Shown here in pieces: positions 8,919 through 17,741 of a stretch of DNA of 20,000 nt. The translations under genes were made by a program, and so were the position numbers. Under the pieces are notes generated by a model that ran no database searches, was not told where the DNA came from, and was given only the letters and a program-made list of their open reading frames with translations. Position 1 is the first letter of the stretch. Each line of letters opens with the position of its first letter. Location: the sequence record SRR9188677_161; one strand, 5' to 3'.

Positions 8919-8932
8919 GCATAAAATAAAAA

Positions 8933-9913
8933 ATGGCGAAGAAAGTAAAGTATTATTTCGATACCGAAAGTTTAGCTTATCGTAAAATTAAACCGAAACT
9001 GTCCAAAAAACTGGGATACATTGGTTTGTTTTTACTGGCTTCGGGCCTTTTTGGATTTTTGTGTTTTGTGGCTTTACTGAATACTTCGCTTTTAGATACC
9101 CCGAAAGACCGTTTGCAAGCACGTGAAATTGAAACGATGAAGCTCCGTTACTCCATCCTGAACAAAAAAATGGACGAAATAGACGAAGTTTTAGCCGATG
9201 TTGCCGATCGGGACAACAATGTTTACCGGGCTTATTTCAACACCTCGCCGATTCCCATGGAACAGCGAAAAGCAGGATTTGGCGGCGTGAACCGATACAA
9301 GGAACTCGAAGGGTTCGACAATTCGCAATTGGTGGTCAATACGTCAAAACGCGTGGATATCATTTCGAAGGAACTCGCTATCCAGTCAAAATCCTTGGAC
9401 GAAATACTGAAACTGGCTAAGGAAAAAAACAAATTACTGGCTTCCATCCCGGCGATACAGCCTGTTAAGAACGAGCAGATGAAACATATTGCTTCGGGGT
9501 TTGGCTACAGAAGCGACCCGTTTACCAAAGTAAGAAAGATGCACGAAGGAATGGATTTTACGGCAAAAACCGGAACTCCAATATACGCGACTGGTGATGG
9601 TGTTGTAGCTGCCGCGGACAATTCAAAATCGGGTTATGGAAACCATATCGAGATAAAACATGGATTTGGCTACATGACTTTATACGGGCATTTAAGCAAA
9701 TACAACTGCCGTGCCGGACAACGCGTAAAACGGGGCGATATCATCGGCTATGTAGGAAGCACCGGCCGAAGCGAAGCACCGCACTTGCACTATGAGGTAC
9801 ACAAGGACGGAAAAGTAGTCAATCCAATTAATTTTTATTACGGCAATATATCGGCTGCGGAATATGTAGCGATTTCAAAAGTAGCTAACCAAGAAAACCA
9901 ATCATTAGACTGA
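8933..9913 (+). CDS. M23 family metallopeptidase (peptidoglycan endopeptidase), membrane anchored
   Basis: 326 aa. N-terminal TM helix, coiled coil, and Zn motifs HEGMD (HxxxD) and PHLHYEV (HxH), plus GYGNHIEIKHG and VGSTGRS. Confidence 0.95.
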   Translation: MAKKVKYYFDTESLAYRKIKPKLSKKLGYIGLFLLASGLFGFLCFVALLNTSLLDTPKDRLQAREIETMKLRYSILNKKMDEIDEVLADVADRDNNVYRAYFNTSPIPMEQRKAGFGGVNRYKELEGFDNSQLVVNTSKRVDIISKELAIQSKSLDEILKLAKEKNKLLASIPAIQPVKNEQMKHIASGFGYRSDPFTKVRKMHEGMDFTAKTGTPIYATGDGVVAAADNSKSGYGNHIEIKHGFGYMTLYGHLSKYNCRAGQRVKRGDIIGYVGSTGRSEAPHLHYEVHKDGKVVNPINFYYGNISAAEYVAISKVANQENQSLD

Positions 9914-10245
9914 TGCACATAGAACTAACAGAAGGCAAAAGATATTACAGCATTGGAGAAGTGTCCAAGGCTTTTAACGTGAACACCTCGCTGATCCGTT
10001 TTTGGGACAAGGAATTCGATATCCTCAAACCCAAGAAAAATGCGAAAGGAAACCGGATGTTCACTCCCGAGGATGTAAACAACCTCAAACTGATTTACCA
10101 TCTGGTAAAGGAGCGCGGTTTCACGCTTGAAGGCGCCAAAACCCATCTGAAAGAAGGCCAGAAAAAAACCCTGGACAAATTTGAGATCATCAGCAAACTT
10201 GAGGCAATCAAGTCACAATTGCAGAATATTAAAAACCAACTATAA
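9913..10245 (+). CDS. MerR family HTH transcriptional regulator (short, no effector domain)
   Basis: 110 aa with YYSIGEVSKAFNVNTSLIRFWDKEF...KGNRMFT...GFTLEGAK. Its start overlaps the M23 stop (TGATG at 9911-9915). Confidence 0.92.
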   Translation: MHIELTEGKRYYSIGEVSKAFNVNTSLIRFWDKEFDILKPKKNAKGNRMFTPEDVNNLKLIYHLVKERGFTLEGAKTHLKEGQKKTLDKFEIISKLEAIKSQLQNIKNQL

Positions 10246-10282
10246 CAACAAAAATTAAAAACAACTTTAAAAACAAAGACAA

Positions 10283-10876
10283 ATGAACTTTAGAAGATTT
10301 TTACCTTGGATTATTGTAGCCGTAATTGTAATTGGACTTTACATGTGGGCTTCGGGCATTTACAACAAAGCCGTAACCTTTGATCAGAACATAAAAGAAA
10401 GCTGGGGTAATGTTCAGACCGCTTACCAAAGAAGGACCGACCTTATCCCGAATTTAGTTGAAACTGTGAAAGGATATGCTAAACATGAAGAAGGCACTTT
10501 GACAGCTGTTGTAGAAGCACGAGCAAAAGCTACTTCTGTGACTGTTGACCCGACCAATATCACCCCGGAGCAGATGGCTGCTTTCTCACAGGCACAATCT
10601 GGTGTTTCATCAGCATTGTCAAGGTTATTGGTTAGCGTTGAGGCCTATCCGGATTTGAAAGCAAATCAGAACTTCCTGAAACTTCAGGATGAACTGGCCA
10701 GCACAGAAAACCAGATACTGACTGCAAGAACACGTTACAACGAAGCGATTAAACCTTACAACAATAACATCAACACCTTCCCTAGAAATATTTTAGCAGG
10801 CATGTACGGATTAAAGGAAAAACCTTATTTTGAAGCAGCAGCCGGTGCCGATAAAGCTCCATCTGTAAAATTCTAA
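10283..10876 (+). CDS. lemA: LemA family protein
   Basis: 197 aa. N-terminal TM helix, WGNVQTAYQRRTDLIPNLVETVKGYAKHE, VEAYPDLKANQNFLKLQDELASTENQI, TFPRNILA. Confidence 0.95.
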   Translation: MNFRRFLPWIIVAVIVIGLYMWASGIYNKAVTFDQNIKESWGNVQTAYQRRTDLIPNLVETVKGYAKHEEGTLTAVVEARAKATSVTVDPTNITPEQMAAFSQAQSGVSSALSRLLVSVEAYPDLKANQNFLKLQDELASTENQILTARTRYNEAIKPYNNNINTFPRNILAGMYGLKEKPYFEAAAGADKAPSVKF

Positions 10877-10879
10877 ACC

Positions 10880-11317
10880 ATGTCTAAAGTAGAAGATTTT
10901 TTAACTCCTGCGGAAGAACAGGAAATTGTTCAGGCCATTGGCTTGGCTGAAAAAAACACTTCTGGCGAAATCAGGGTACATATAGAAAAAGAAACTTCCA
11001 TTGCTGCGATAGACCGGGCGATGGAAGTCTTCCGTAGCCTCAATATGGAAAACACCCAAGAACGGAATGGCGTTATCATTTACGTGGCGGTAAAAAGCCA
11101 TCAGTTTGCCATTTACGGCGATCAGGGCATTAATGAAAAAGTTTCCGGTGATTTCTGGGATTGCACCAAAGACATCATGGCCAGCCACTTCAAAAACGGC
11201 GATTTTAAACAAGGCTTAATTGAAGGAATCCTTAATGCCGGGGAGCAGCTCAAAAAGCATTTTCCATACCAGGATGGCGATACCAACGAACTTTCAAACG
11301 AAATATCAAAAGGATAA
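10880..11317 (+). CDS. TPM domain-containing protein (short, soluble)
   Basis: 145 aa with AEKNTSGEIRVHIE, TQERNGVIIYV, FAIYGDQGINEKV and D(T)NELSNEIS. The typical partner gene downstream of lemA. Confidence 0.9.
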   Translation: MSKVEDFLTPAEEQEIVQAIGLAEKNTSGEIRVHIEKETSIAAIDRAMEVFRSLNMENTQERNGVIIYVAVKSHQFAIYGDQGINEKVSGDFWDCTKDIMASHFKNGDFKQGLIEGILNAGEQLKKHFPYQDGDTNELSNEISKG

Positions 11318-11344
11318 CTCTATGGTTATTTTAAATTTTAAATT

Positions 11345-12145
11345 ATGAATTTTAAATTAATTCCAATTAATAAGGATGTCCTTTTTTTTGTTGCTGCATT
11401 GTTGACTTTTGCATCAGTTTTTGCCCAATTCGACATTCCCGAAAAACCTAAATTCCAGACTTCGGTTTACGATTATGCCAATCTTTTAAGCGCTTCCGAA
11501 AAAACGCAATTGGAAGAAAAGCTGGTCCGCTATTCCGATTCCACTTCTACCCAGATTGTCGTCGTTACCATTGAAAGCCTGAAAGGCGAAGACATTGGCA
11601 TCCTGGCTCCAAAATGGGGACATGAATGGGGTGTCGGACAAGCGAAAGAAGATAATGGTGTTTTTATACTTTTGGCTAAGGCGGAAAGAAAAATATGGAT
11701 TGCTCCCGGTTATGGTTTGGAAGACCGACTGACAGCAGGGCAAAACGGGGAAATCATCCGTAACATTATCATTCCCGAATTCAAAGCTGGTAGCTATTAC
11801 CGTGGATTGGACAAAGGTGCCGATGCCCTTTTCGATGTCTTTACAGGAAAATACAAAGGCGAACGCAAGGCAGACAAAAAAGGCGGCGGATTCCCGATTA
11901 TCCCTATCATTGTCATCCTCATTGTCATTATCATCATCGCATCCAAAAACAAAAATAATCGTGGAGGAAGAGGCGGTGGCGGAATGGATTTAGCCGACAT
12001 CATCCTTTTAAGCAGCCTTGGCAGAAGCAGTGGCGGCGGAGGTTTTGGCGGGTTCGGCGGAGGAAGCTCTGGCGGCGGAGGCGGATTTGGCGGCGGTTTC
12101 GGCGGTGGCGGATTCTCAGGCGGGGGTGCCGGAGGAAGCTGGTAG
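11345..12145 (+). CDS. TPM domain-containing membrane protein (YgcG/UPF0603-like) with Gly-rich tail
   Basis: 266 aa. Signal peptide, VYDYANLLS, STQIVVVTIESL, WGVGQAKEDNGVFILLA, GYGLED, a TM helix, and C-terminal GGFGGGFGGGGFSGGGAGGSW. Confidence 0.93.
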   Translation: MNFKLIPINKDVLFFVAALLTFASVFAQFDIPEKPKFQTSVYDYANLLSASEKTQLEEKLVRYSDSTSTQIVVVTIESLKGEDIGILAPKWGHEWGVGQAKEDNGVFILLAKAERKIWIAPGYGLEDRLTAGQNGEIIRNIIIPEFKAGSYYRGLDKGADALFDVFTGKYKGERKADKKGGGFPIIPIIVILIVIIIIASKNKNNRGGRGGGGMDLADIILLSSLGRSSGGGGFGGFGGGSSGGGGGFGGGFGGGGFSGGGAGGSW

Positions 12146-12184
12146 TTTCGAAAACATTAAAAAAATATTTTGTCTAATAATCAT

Positions 12185-12229
12185 AAAACCGGGCACAGAA
12201 AACTATTTATTTTCTGTGCCCGGTTTTTT
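12185..12229. terminator. Bidirectional terminator, 18 bp perfect inverted repeat overlapping the antiporter 3' end
   Basis: AAAACCGGGCACAGAAAA (12185-12202) / CTATTTA / TTTTCTGTGCCCGGTTTT (12210-12227), with T-runs on both strands, between convergent transcription units. Confidence 0.85.
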
Positions 12230-13381
12230 ATTGGCCATCAGTCCCAGCATCATAACCAGTGCCGAAATGATGATGATTTGTATCATTAAGGTTTCATTTA
12301 CAAAAGCGATTTTCTTACTGGCCGGAACCGACAGAAAAAGCAAAATCGTTATCAACCCCCTAGGAGAAACAAACAGCAAAGGATTTAAGGGAATCTTTGC
12401 TATTTTAAAATAGACAAGCCTAACGAGCAGTATTGCCAATACGATTGCCAAGGCGATCAAAAAGCTTTGAACATTTAAAATCTCATTGCTGTTAATCAGG
12501 AAACCGAACAACAGAAAAAACAGTGTCCTTACCAGAAAGGCCATTTCAACGACCACTTCCCTAAAGCGGTGTACTTCCTCGTTCAATTTTTCGGGCTCGA
12601 GCTTTCTGATGATGGAAAACATCTTTAATTCATCTAAATTATTCAGCAGCAATCCAAAAATCAGTATGAAAATCAATGCCGGCAGGTGGTACACTTTAGA
12701 AAGGGCATAAATCAGGATAATCATGACAATTATAGGAATGAACTTTACGTGGTGGCTGATTTTCTTAATCAGAAAAGCCAATCCAAAGCTTGATAGCAGT
12801 GAAATAATCAGAATGGCAATCATTTCTATTAGAAAACCCCCTATCCCCAGCAAAGAAATGACTTCATTGGCAACAAAAAAGTTAAAGATCACCACCCCCA
12901 GGATGTCCGACAGGCTGCTTTCATAAATGATAAACTCTTTTTTTTCGCGGGCCAGGTTCTGTACGCTCGGAATGGCAATGGCACTGCTGATTACGCAAAT
13001 CGGGATCGCATTTATAAAACTAGCCATTAAGCTTTTTCCCGAGAAATAGTGAAATCCAAAGCCAAAAAGAACTACCAGCACAAGCATTGGAATTAAAGCA
13101 GACAAAGTGGTCTTAGTCAAAATGGCCTTTTTGCTGCCATTCAATTCTAATTCCAAACTCCCTTCCAAAACAATCAGTATAAGGCCTATGGTTCCTAAAA
13201 TGGGAAGCAATGGCTTTAATGGCGGCAGGCTTATCTTAAAGAAAAAAGCAAGCTGCTGCATCAGCCATCCCAAAACCAGTAAAAAAACGACCGTTGGGAT
13301 TTTGGTGAATTTTGAGCTCAAATCAAAAGCATACGCCAATAGGATCAATACGCAAAGAGTAATAATAAGGGTAGTGGTCAT
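12203..13381 (-). CDS. Cation:proton antiporter (CPA / Na+/H+ exchanger family)
   Basis: 392 aa with about 12-13 hydrophobic segments and motifs GTIGLILIVLEGSLEL, ISSAIAIP, IIYESSLSDILGV, RTLFFLLFG, PRGLITILLF. Confidence 0.9.
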   Translation of the reverse strand: MTTTLIITLCVLILLAYAFDLSSKFTKIPTVVFLLVLGWLMQQLAFFFKISLPPLKPLLPILGTIGLILIVLEGSLELELNGSKKAILTKTTLSALIPMLVLVVLFGFGFHYFSGKSLMASFINAIPICVISSAIAIPSVQNLAREKKEFIIYESSLSDILGVVIFNFFVANEVISLLGIGGFLIEMIAILIISLLSSFGLAFLIKKISHHVKFIPIIVMIILIYALSKVYHLPALIFILIFGLLLNNLDELKMFSIIRKLEPEKLNEEVHRFREVVVEMAFLVRTLFFLLFGFLINSNEILNVQSFLIALAIVLAILLVRLVYFKIAKIPLNPLLFVSPRGLITILLFLSVPASKKIAFVNETLMIQIIIISALVMMLGLMANKKPGTENK

Positions 13382-13450
13382 GAAGCTGGATATTTTTGTT
13401 CAATATACCAATTAAATTGTTCCGTAAGAATTTTTAATGAATCCTTTCAT

Positions 13451-13481
13451 AAAAAAACCCTCGTTATGAACGAGGGTTTTT
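13451..13481 (-). terminator. Rho-independent terminator of the OM beta-barrel gene
   Basis: AAAAACCCTCGTT (13453-13465) / ATG / AACGAGGGTTTTT (13469-13481), 7 nt after the stop. The A-run at 13451-13457 is the U-tract. Confidence 0.88.
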
Positions 13482-13488
13482 GTTTATT

Positions 13489-16269
13489 TTACCAATTGAA
13501 CCTTCCGCTTGGTTTCTTTTCCTTGCCAGCGAATTTTTCAATTTTATAGGTTAAGGAGAACATCGCGTACCGTTTTAAAACTATGTTTTCCTCATCACGG
13601 ATAGTCGTTGGCGTAATCGTACGGGTGGCATTCTGGTTTTGGTTCAGGATGTCGTACACTTTTACTTTTGCCATCAGCTTCTTGTCGAAGAAACTGTAGG
13701 ACAAACTCGTATTCCATAAAAAGAAATCTTTCTTGAATCCATCGGCAATGTTGGAATTGTAGGTATACCCGAAATCATTACCAAAAATCCAGTTCTTTGG
13801 CCAGTAATTGGTTACCTGCATATTGAATTTATGCACGAAACTAGAAGCCGAACTCACCACATAGTTGGTGTATTTAGTATCGTTCAGAGTGTATCGGTAG
13901 CTAGGGTTAATCGAGAATAACTCCCCATAATCATACGTAAAATTCGCTCTTGGGGTAATATCAAAAACCTTGGCTTCAAACTGCTGTGCGTTGGTAAATC
14001 CTTTACTTAAATCATAACCTCCGCCAAATCCGGCACCGAATTTGAAGGTATGGGCGTCTTTTTTGAAAGTCTTGCTCCAGTTCACGCCAAACCAGCTTTC
14101 GTAAGTGCCTGAGATATTTTCGTAAGTCGTAGTCCTTTTCCTGTTGGCATCAAAAACCGTTGACGAAACGATTTGGTTGTCATAAATGCTCCCGCCCGCG
14201 TAAAGGCTGTAGCCCGATTTGCTGGCATAATCATAATCCCTGAAACTGAAATAAAACTGGTGGTACTTATTAGGGTCAAGGTCGGCGTTTCCGATGAAAG
14301 TATTCAGCGGATTGGTCAGATTTTCCACCGGAAGCACCTGGCTGGCCTGCGGGAAATACACTTCATAATTGTAATTGATCCAGATGGATTTTGATTTGGT
14401 AAAATTATAGCCCCCATACATATTGACAGACGGCAGGATGTAGTTTTTATTCAAATCGACCACATTGCCCAGATAAAGCGAATGGTTGTCAAAGCGGGTA
14501 ATGGTCTGGCCTAAATTCAAATACAAACGGTAAGCCTTTTTTTCTACAGAGAATCCGGCGGTAGGCGTTATGGAATTTCGCGTGGATGCCAGATAGTTGG
14601 TCAGCAAATCATTTTCAATGCTATACGTTCCCGTTCCGGAATCAAAATCGAAGGCATTCCTTCTTTCAGAAATCCTTTCGTTTTCAAAGGTCGCGGCAAC
14701 ATTGATGCTAATCGAATCGCCAACGGGTTCGGTATACTGAAGTTCGGTGGTGTATTTGTCATTCACATTCCGCACGCCCCTGGTCTGGTTCCGGATATCA
14801 TCGGGGTCGGTGCCCTGATAGAAAATCGTGCTCGAATTGGTAAGGGTATTGGCTTCCGTTTTGGTATTTTCATTCGCAAATGCCGCGCTTAGATTCCTTC
14901 TTTTTCTTTTGAATGCTTTGTTGAAATCGATTCTGTTGCTGAAACTCTGCCGTGTATTTTCATTGGTGGCAAATGAAGTGCTTTCGTTCAGCAGCTGGTT
15001 GGCATCATCCAACGATTCCTCATGTGAGTTGGTAACCGACTGGGTGTTCGACTTGGCAAACTTCGGAACAATGACAAACGAAGCTGTGGAGTCGATCTTG
15101 TATTCGAGTTCCATGTTCAGGTTGTGGCTGTACTTGTCTTCTTTGGAATCCGACTCGGAGTTGGTGGTAAAATTCCCGTCCGGCAGGAAATTGATCTGAT
15201 TGGTCCTGTTCTTATTGGTAGTATCCGCACCGGCATAAAAATAACTGGCGGAATTATTGAAATTCTTAAACGGCTCATCTGAATAATTGATCCCGACCAG
15301 ATTCGAATGCGTAATTCCCTTATTTCCCCCGAAACGCATCCCGTTTAGCCCGAACGAACCGTCCGAGCTCGTATAAAACGAATTGTTCCGGCTGCCGCTC
15401 ATGTTGTCGTAAATCTCATCCATAGAAAACCCTGTGGCATTGATATTATTCGACGAAGCCAGCACACTGATTTTCCGCTTATTCTTGAAGTAATTGACGA
15501 GCGCACTGCTTTCGTACCGCTCATCGGTTCCGCCCCCCGCCATGAATTTCCCAAAAAAACCTTTATTCTTATCTTCATCAATGGTCAGGTTGATGCTGGC
15601 ATTATTGGAACTCGCCGCCTGCCCGGTGATTTCCTCTTTCTTGGTTTTGGTATCGGTAACCTGCACTTTGTTGATGATATCGGACGGGAGGTTCTGCAAC
15701 GCGATTTTTCCGTCCTTGTCGAAGAAGGGTTTTCCGTTTACGAGGATCTGGTTGACTTCCTTTCCGTTGACGGTGATTTTCCCTTCGGCATCGATTTCTA
15801 CTCCCGGAAGCTGTTTGAGCAGGGTTTCCACATTGGCATCAGGGCGCAGTTTAAACGAGGAAGCGTTGAATTCCAAAGTATCTTTTTTGATCCGGATAGG
15901 CGGTGCCTCGCTTTTGATGACCACTTCATCCAGGTTATTGGAAACTTCCTTTAATTCTATAGTGCCGAAATCCTTATCCGCATCGACCGCAGGCATGGCC
16001 ACTTTGGATTCCTGGAACCCCATATAGGAAATCTTCAGGAAAACGGGCTGGTTGATTTTCTTGATCTTGAAATCGAAGTTACCCAGCTTGTTGGTGATCG
16101 TATAGTCTATGACTGCGGAATCTTTAACGGCTGACAGATAAACTGTGGCAGATTCTATAGGCAATTTGGTGGTTTGTTCAACGACCTTGCCCTTTAGTGA
16201 AATCGTTTTTTGGGAATAGGCAAAAGTGCTCAAAAGGATTAAGCACAACAACGGGAGAGATTTTGGCAT
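13489..16269 (-). CDS. Outer-membrane beta-barrel protein (TonB-dependent receptor-like, N-terminal carboxypeptidase-regulatory-like domain)
   Basis: 926 aa. Signal peptide ending AYS-Q; LKGKVVE..PIESATV..LKISYMGF..LDEVVI domain; plug-like KKDTLEFNASSF..LLKQLPGVEID..ILVNGKPFF; amphipathic strands; GNADLDP; terminal strand RYAMFSLTYKI. Confidence 0.88.
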   Translation of the reverse strand: MPKSLPLLCLILLSTFAYSQKTISLKGKVVEQTTKLPIESATVYLSAVKDSAVIDYTITNKLGNFDFKIKKINQPVFLKISYMGFQESKVAMPAVDADKDFGTIELKEVSNNLDEVVIKSEAPPIRIKKDTLEFNASSFKLRPDANVETLLKQLPGVEIDAEGKITVNGKEVNQILVNGKPFFDKDGKIALQNLPSDIINKVQVTDTKTKKEEITGQAASSNNASINLTIDEDKNKGFFGKFMAGGGTDERYESSALVNYFKNKRKISVLASSNNINATGFSMDEIYDNMSGSRNNSFYTSSDGSFGLNGMRFGGNKGITHSNLVGINYSDEPFKNFNNSASYFYAGADTTNKNRTNQINFLPDGNFTTNSESDSKEDKYSHNLNMELEYKIDSTASFVIVPKFAKSNTQSVTNSHEESLDDANQLLNESTSFATNENTRQSFSNRIDFNKAFKRKRRNLSAAFANENTKTEANTLTNSSTIFYQGTDPDDIRNQTRGVRNVNDKYTTELQYTEPVGDSISINVAATFENERISERRNAFDFDSGTGTYSIENDLLTNYLASTRNSITPTAGFSVEKKAYRLYLNLGQTITRFDNHSLYLGNVVDLNKNYILPSVNMYGGYNFTKSKSIWINYNYEVYFPQASQVLPVENLTNPLNTFIGNADLDPNKYHQFYFSFRDYDYASKSGYSLYAGGSIYDNQIVSSTVFDANRKRTTTYENISGTYESWFGVNWSKTFKKDAHTFKFGAGFGGGYDLSKGFTNAQQFEAKVFDITPRANFTYDYGELFSINPSYRYTLNDTKYTNYVVSSASSFVHKFNMQVTNYWPKNWIFGNDFGYTYNSNIADGFKKDFFLWNTSLSYSFFDKKLMAKVKVYDILNQNQNATRTITPTTIRDEENIVLKRYAMFSLTYKIEKFAGKEKKPSGRFNW

Positions 16270-16368
16270 AAAAAAAAAGCTGTTATTAGGTTAGTGACAT
16301 AATAACGGCTAATTTCCTGTTTTAGTATGTTAAGTAAAAAATGCTTTACGAAAACTTTAACGTTTTTT

Positions 16369-17679
16369 TTACTTCTCCCTGATATAAATATCAATCGGAA
16401 CGCCTGAGAAATCCCAGTTCTCACGGATCTTGTTTTCCAGGAAACGCTTGTAGGCTTCCTGAACGTATTGCGGCAGGTTGGCAAAAAACACAAATTGTGG
16501 TGTTGGCGTTGGCAATTGCATGCAGTATTTGATCTTAACGTATTTTCCTTTCAATGCCGGTGGCGGATAAGCCTCAATCAGTTTCAGCATGAAATCGTTG
16601 AATTTTGAAGTCGGGATGCGCTGTTTCCTGTTTTCAAAAACCTGAACGGCTGTTTCCAGAGCTTTTAGCAAACGCTGTTTGGTTAAGGCAGAAACGAACA
16701 AAATCGGCACATCGGTAAATGGTTTTAATTCTTCACGGATTTTAGCTTCGTAATCACGGGTTGACATGGTATCTTTTTCTACCAAGTCCCATTTGTTTAC
16801 CAAAATCACAACACCTTTACGGTTTTTTTCAGCCAGCCAGAAGATGCTCTGGTCCTGTCCTTCAAAGCCACGGGTCGCATCAATAAGCAAGATACAGATA
16901 TCCGAATGCTCAATGGCACGAACCGAACGCATTACGGAATAGAATTCCAGATCTTCCTTTACTTTTGCTTTCCTCCTAATCCCGGCCGTATCAACCAGGT
17001 TGAACTCAAAACCGAAACGGTTGTATTTGGTATCGATCGAATCACGGGTTGTCCCGGCAATATCAGTAACCACAAATCGGTCTTCGCCAATAAGCGCATT
17101 GATGAATGAAGATTTTCCGGCATTCGGACGACCTACCACACAAAATCTTGGCAGTGCAGCCTCTTCTTCTGTAACTTCAGGAAGTTCCGGCAAAACCTCA
17201 ACCAGCTTGTCCAACAATTCCCCTGTCCCGCTTCCGCTGATGCTGGCAATGGTAAAATATTCCCCTAAACCTAAGTTGTAGAATTCCACAGCGTCTTTTT
17301 CACGCATGGCGTTATCCACTTTATTTACGGCCAACAAAATCGGCTTGGTAACTTTTCTGAGTAATTTGGCCACCTCGGCATCCATTGGCGTAATGCCTTC
17401 CTCTACATCTACCACAAAGATTATGGCATCGGCTTCATCTATGGCCAATTCTACCTGGCGGCGGATCTCGCCTTCAAAAATATCGTCTGAACCTTTAATG
17501 TAACCACCTGTATCAATTACCGAAAACTCCTTTCCGTTCCATTCGCTTTTTCCGTAGTTCCTGTCGCGCGTAACGCCACTTACCGAATCAACGATAGCTT
17601 CCCTTCTCTTGATCAGTCGGTTGAAAAAAGTGGATTTCCCTACGTTAGGCCTTCCTACTATGGCTACAATATTGTTCAT
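16369..17679 (-). CDS. der: Ribosome biogenesis GTPase Der (EngA)
   Basis: 436 aa with tandem GTPase domains ([16 protein letters not shown] and [16 protein letters not shown]) and a C-terminal KH-like domain. Confidence 0.99.
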   Translation of the reverse strand: MNNIVAIVGRPNVGKSTFFNRLIKRREAIVDSVSGVTRDRNYGKSEWNGKEFSVIDTGGYIKGSDDIFEGEIRRQVELAIDEADAIIFVVDVEEGITPMDAEVAKLLRKVTKPILLAVNKVDNAMREKDAVEFYNLGLGEYFTIASISGSGTGELLDKLVEVLPELPEVTEEEAALPRFCVVGRPNAGKSSFINALIGEDRFVVTDIAGTTRDSIDTKYNRFGFEFNLVDTAGIRRKAKVKEDLEFYSVMRSVRAIEHSDICILLIDATRGFEGQDQSIFWLAEKNRKGVVILVNKWDLVEKDTMSTRDYEAKIREELKPFTDVPILFVSALTKQRLLKALETAVQVFENRKQRIPTSKFNDFMLKLIEAYPPPALKGKYVKIKYCMQLPTPTPQFVFFANLPQYVQEAYKRFLENKIRENWDFSGVPIDIYIREK

Positions 17680-17696
17680 GCTTTTTTAATTTTTTG

Positions 17697-17726
17697 CAAA
17701 GGTAAGTTAATTAAGTTGAAAGTCAA
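17697..17726 (-). promoter_or_regulatory. der promoter TTG-N19-TACCTTTG
   Basis: Minus-strand -33 TTG at 17724-17726 and -7 TACCTTTG at 17697-17704 with a 19 nt spacer, matching the Flavobacterium primary sigma consensus. Confidence 0.7.
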
Positions 17727-17741
17727 GGGATAAGTAGAAAG

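Noticed and set aside
11328..11362. TTTTAAATT repeats around the TPM start (and TTAGAT repeats at 8697-8716)
   Set aside because: Short, AT-only and low-complexity, so indistinguishable from background without genome-wide statistics.
11960..12145. GC-rich GGC/GGA repeat tract
   Set aside because: It simply encodes the Gly-rich tail typical of YgcG-like TPM proteins, and is not a foreign insertion or array.
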